A DNA stretch of 64,000 nucleotides, taken from NCBI GenBank assembly GCA_002189035.1, contig NEEC01000004.1, forward strand, positions 2,232,001 through 2,296,000. The letters are read 5' to 3'. Position numbers and translations under genes: made by a program. This document shows positions 60,467 through 64,000 of the stretch, piece after piece (position 1 is the first letter of the stretch; every line of letters starts with the position of its first letter). Source of the stretch: Utricularia gibba. Its lineage: Eukaryota; Plantae; Magnoliophyta. Below the pieces are notes generated by a model that made no database searches, had not been told where the DNA came from, and saw only the letters and a list, made by a program, of their open reading frames with translations.

Positions 60467-63423
60467 ATGGATCGGCAGCCTCATGACTATGGTTCTCCTA
60501 TGGCCTACGAGCAACAGCAGCAGCAGCAACAACAACAAGCACCGTGCTATGGCTTTCATAGACAGCATCAGCAATTTGCTACATCAGCCACCGATTCAGC
60601 ATCCCATGCAACAGTTTCCGTTTCTCGCCCCCTTCAACAAAGCTAGCTTTATGCTCACCTACCTCCATCTCATCTTCATCAACAATCGCAGCCTGCGTAC
60701 CCTCCCTATGTGCCTTCGCATCTTGTTCCAGTGCCATTCCATGGGACAGCACCTCCTGCTCTTCTGCCTCCATCCGATCCAGAACTTAAAAAAAGAATTG
60801 ATAAATTGGTTGAATATGCCATCAAGAATGGTCCCGAATTTTGAAGATGTAGTCCGTGGGATAGAGAAGGATAATCCTGCTTACGGTTTCCTTTTTGGTG
60901 GTGAAGGACATAACTGCTACCACTATAACTTTATATTTCAACACATTCCCCTTTTGTGCCTTTTAACCCCGCCTTCCCCTCGTCCATCACTGTGATGCAT
61001 CCTCCTAATGCCGCGATGAATCCAGGAGCATCTATTAGTACTCCGAATGCTGCTGCTGTTTCTTTAGCTTCGGTAATTGGTTCTTCGCGGCTGTAGCAAC
61101 CTCCATTTCAAACATTCCCTGAGCAGCAACTTGTTCATCAAGCTCCATCTTTGGTTGGTCACAGCCGTCCTGATTTTGATCCATCTTCTAGGCTTTGAAA
61201 GACATAAGACCTCTTCCTCCTGATATTGAGGTTTGTGGAATTACCATGAAATTTATGATGAAGCAGGTCGCCGTAGGAATGTGGAGAAATGAATGGGAAA
61301 GGGTCCCGGGAACCTGACGAAAGGAAAGATGGAGGGAAACAGGCCGAGCTTGGATATGAAGGAAGAAGCGGGCTGCTCTTCAAAGGCCCATGAAGTGAAC
61401 CATACCTGCTAAGGCCCAACCCAACCTACCTACCCAACAACAAGCAACGTTAGCCTACTCTTTGTTGAATCTCTAAAGCCCTAGTAATGTTGCTCCCGCA
61501 AAGTGGAAGACAGATGGCGAGATTTGCAATTGGGCTGACCAAGACATCGTATGGGCTGAACCAAATGAAGAATACTATGAGTTCACTAGTCCATAAAGCC
61601 AAGCCCAAGCCTAAGAGTGCAACGGCTAGAAGTCACGTGTGCAGAATAAAAGGACAAAAGCAACGGTCCAATTTATGTGTATAAATAGAGAAAGAATACA
61701 TGTTATATGAATATAGGATAGTAACCCTGAATTTTACACCCTTCAAATTTCAATACATCAAGCTGCATTAGCAGCTCTCTTAGTGCTTCATTCTACACTT
61801 CTAAATCTCAATTCTCTTGAGTTCAGGAATAGTCAACGGTCATAAATCCAAACACTATAAAAGATACATTCTGTTGTAGAACAAATACAGGGTAATAACC
61901 CAAAATTCATATAAATCATTCCACAAATCTGTTCTTCTTCACCTTATCTACAATTCTTCAAGGTTGAGTTGAATGGGGTTCTGAACAACCTCACTCGAAC
62001 AAAGGAGTCAATCAAAAGTGCAAAGACTTGGTTTATGAAGAGGGCTCCTTATGCAGCTGTTCTTGCCAAGGCACTTTGTGATAGAGTGTTCTCTTTAGAT
62101 GATTTAGAGAGACAGTTGCAGATAATTTATCTGGCCAATGAGATTCTATTTGACAGTTGAACTCTCTCTCTCTCATTTTTTATTTTTGAAGCTTCCGACT
62201 TCAAAGTGAAGTAAATTATTGACGTCATGTTGAAAATTATAGGCTTCGAGACTACTCTGAAAGCTTCTTTTAAACAAATATTTACTTGTCGACATCTGAA
62301 ACATGCAGCTTGCAGAGCCGTGTCAACCCTCAGGAATTGGACAACGAAGCTGTTGCATTTAGGCCAGTTTTGGGTTCTATGTTGGTCGTTGTATTCAACA
62401 ATCCACAAAACAAGGGGGAGAACCAGTCGAGCCTTCAGAAGATCTTACAATTTTGGGCTTCAAAAGAAGTGTATGATCATGATGCCATCCTTGCGCTTGA
62501 TGCTGAAATGAAAAGTCAGGTTCTCCCACTTCATTTGGGTGATTTTTTTTTTTTTTTTTGGCCACTGCACCTTTTGTTAGTAGGGATCATTCCGCTACTT
62601 CTGGTTTGTCTTCAGTCAGCACCATTTTAAATGCTTTTAAACGCTTTTCCCATTTATGCTTTCTAAGCCGACCTCCCATGGCTAACTAGCAGTTGTTTAA
62701 CAGGAGTTCCTCATTTGCCACCTAATCTCAGTTCCTTACAGTGGCAACCTGGTGCATTACCGTCAAAACCGGATCATGCAGTTAAACAAGTTCCTCCAAT
62801 GCCACCTCTACCACCCCTGAAATTGCTTCCTACCTCAGTTCCTTCTGCTGGATTAATTGCACCAGTGACTGCACCACCACCCGGGGATCAGCCAAATCCC
62901 ACCTCGGTGCCCACCCCTGGGAAGCTAGCTGAAAAGCTGCCTCCATATCCATTGTTCCCACCAGGTCTCATTCCAGGTATGGTAAGAAAGGTGCAGATAG
63001 GCAGTGGAGTGCCCTACTCTCCTATAAGCCCTCTCGATATACCAGCAGTCATTCCAGCATCAAACGTATCCCCATTAGAAGTCCTTAGGAGGGTTTCGAA
63101 GTTCTTCAGAGAAATCGGAGAAGGGAACCCATCTGAAGGGCCCATAAAAGCATCAGAACCAGGAGATGATGATATTGATGAATACGGATACGAGAGAATG
63201 TCTCCCGTTCGAAAGGGGCCGCCTGCATCCCTCCTCCTCCCAGCCTTATGTTGATCCAGCAACAGGAACTCTTGCGGATGGCAGTGTACCAAGTAGACTC
63301 GAACTTGGTGCGACTGCCGACCGGAATGAACCAAATCAATACGATGATGTCTACTCCTCCTACAGGAAACAGAGAAGCACAAACTACCATTCATCCATGA
63401 GCGCTAGATTGGCAGGAAGGTGA
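60467..63423 (+). pseudogene. SWAP/Surp + CID domain RNA-processing protein pseudogene (CHERP-like; At4g31200-type)
   Basis: MDRQPHDY..poly[105 protein letters not shown]. Several frameshifts, a premature TAG near 60644, a lost donor near 62157 and an LTR insertion. Confidence 0.88.
61234..61960 (+). mobile_element. 727-bp solo LTR inserted in the CHERP-like coding exon
   Basis: TG..CA ends; exact TSD AGGTT at 61229-61233 and 61961-61965; TATAAATAG near 61680; removal restores PPDIEVELNGVL. Confidence 0.88.
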
Positions 63424-63698
63424 AAAGCTGGTTCCCTCGGAATTTGTTTATTTTTTTCTAGGAAGCCTTCCACAAGCAAGCGCCTTCTTGCTTGTTGCCA
63501 TCGCAAGCAAATGGAAACAAGTAGTTGGAGAATTGTGTCATGTCATCATGTACAACATGTTGATGGCAGAATTATAATGATTAGTTTGATAGAATGATTT
63601 AACTTATGTCATATTAAATATAATTAGGATTAAATTATATCAAAACAAATAATTTATAAAAATATGAATGCACTTTATATGAAAGATTCGATTTAAAT

Positions 63699-64000
63699 GT
63701 GATGGGGAATGAATCGACTGCGGATAATCAGCTCCTGCAAAGCTGTCAAAAGAAGCTCTGACAGGATAAAACCAGTTGACAGGCCCATACGTGTCAAAAT
63801 CTAACAAGGGCAGTATGGCTCAGTTTGAAGAGTAACCGAGTCACGGCAGAATGGGCGGCGATTGTTTGAAAAGCAAGATCATTGCGTAAGTGCAGAAAGA
63901 TAGCCGACACCTGCGAAGCTCATGATTCGGTCGGATCGGCCTCCCTTATAAATAGAAGAAATCATAACGAAGAGAGGGTCGGGTCCAAAACCTCCTACTT
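63699..64000 (+). mobile_element. Probable 5' part of an LTR running off the window
   Basis: Abrupt switch from AT-rich DNA to TG(TG)ATGGGGAATG..; GC-richer U3-like sequence; TTATAAATAG near 63947. Confidence 0.5.

Overview
Plant (eudicot-like) nuclear DNA. Bases 1-19 kb are gene-dense: the last exon of a CDK-like Ser/Thr kinase, dynamin DRP2, a 139-aa conserved hypothetical gene, splicing factor SMU1 (two inferred GC-AG introns), a 99-aa single-pass membrane protein, a LEA/DUF4149-type gene, and two disabled genes (V-ATPase subunit G and a subgroup-4 R2R3-MYB repressor). Between the two disabled genes lies an orphan 18-nt miR403-like sequence. Bases 19-64 kb are AT-rich and full of transposon remnants (Pong/Harbinger, hAT, LINE, Copia, Gypsy/Athila, possibly MULE), with three intact genes (AINTEGUMENTA-like, MUB, laccase) and a SWAP/CID (CHERP-like) pseudogene. 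The clearest structure is a three-level nest, with both LTR insertions bounded by exact 5-bp target-site duplications: a solo LTR inside the TATA region of another solo LTR, inside a Pong transposase. No rRNA, tRNA or CRISPR array was seen. All exon models and family assignments are by manual translation and recalled motifs; no database search was run.
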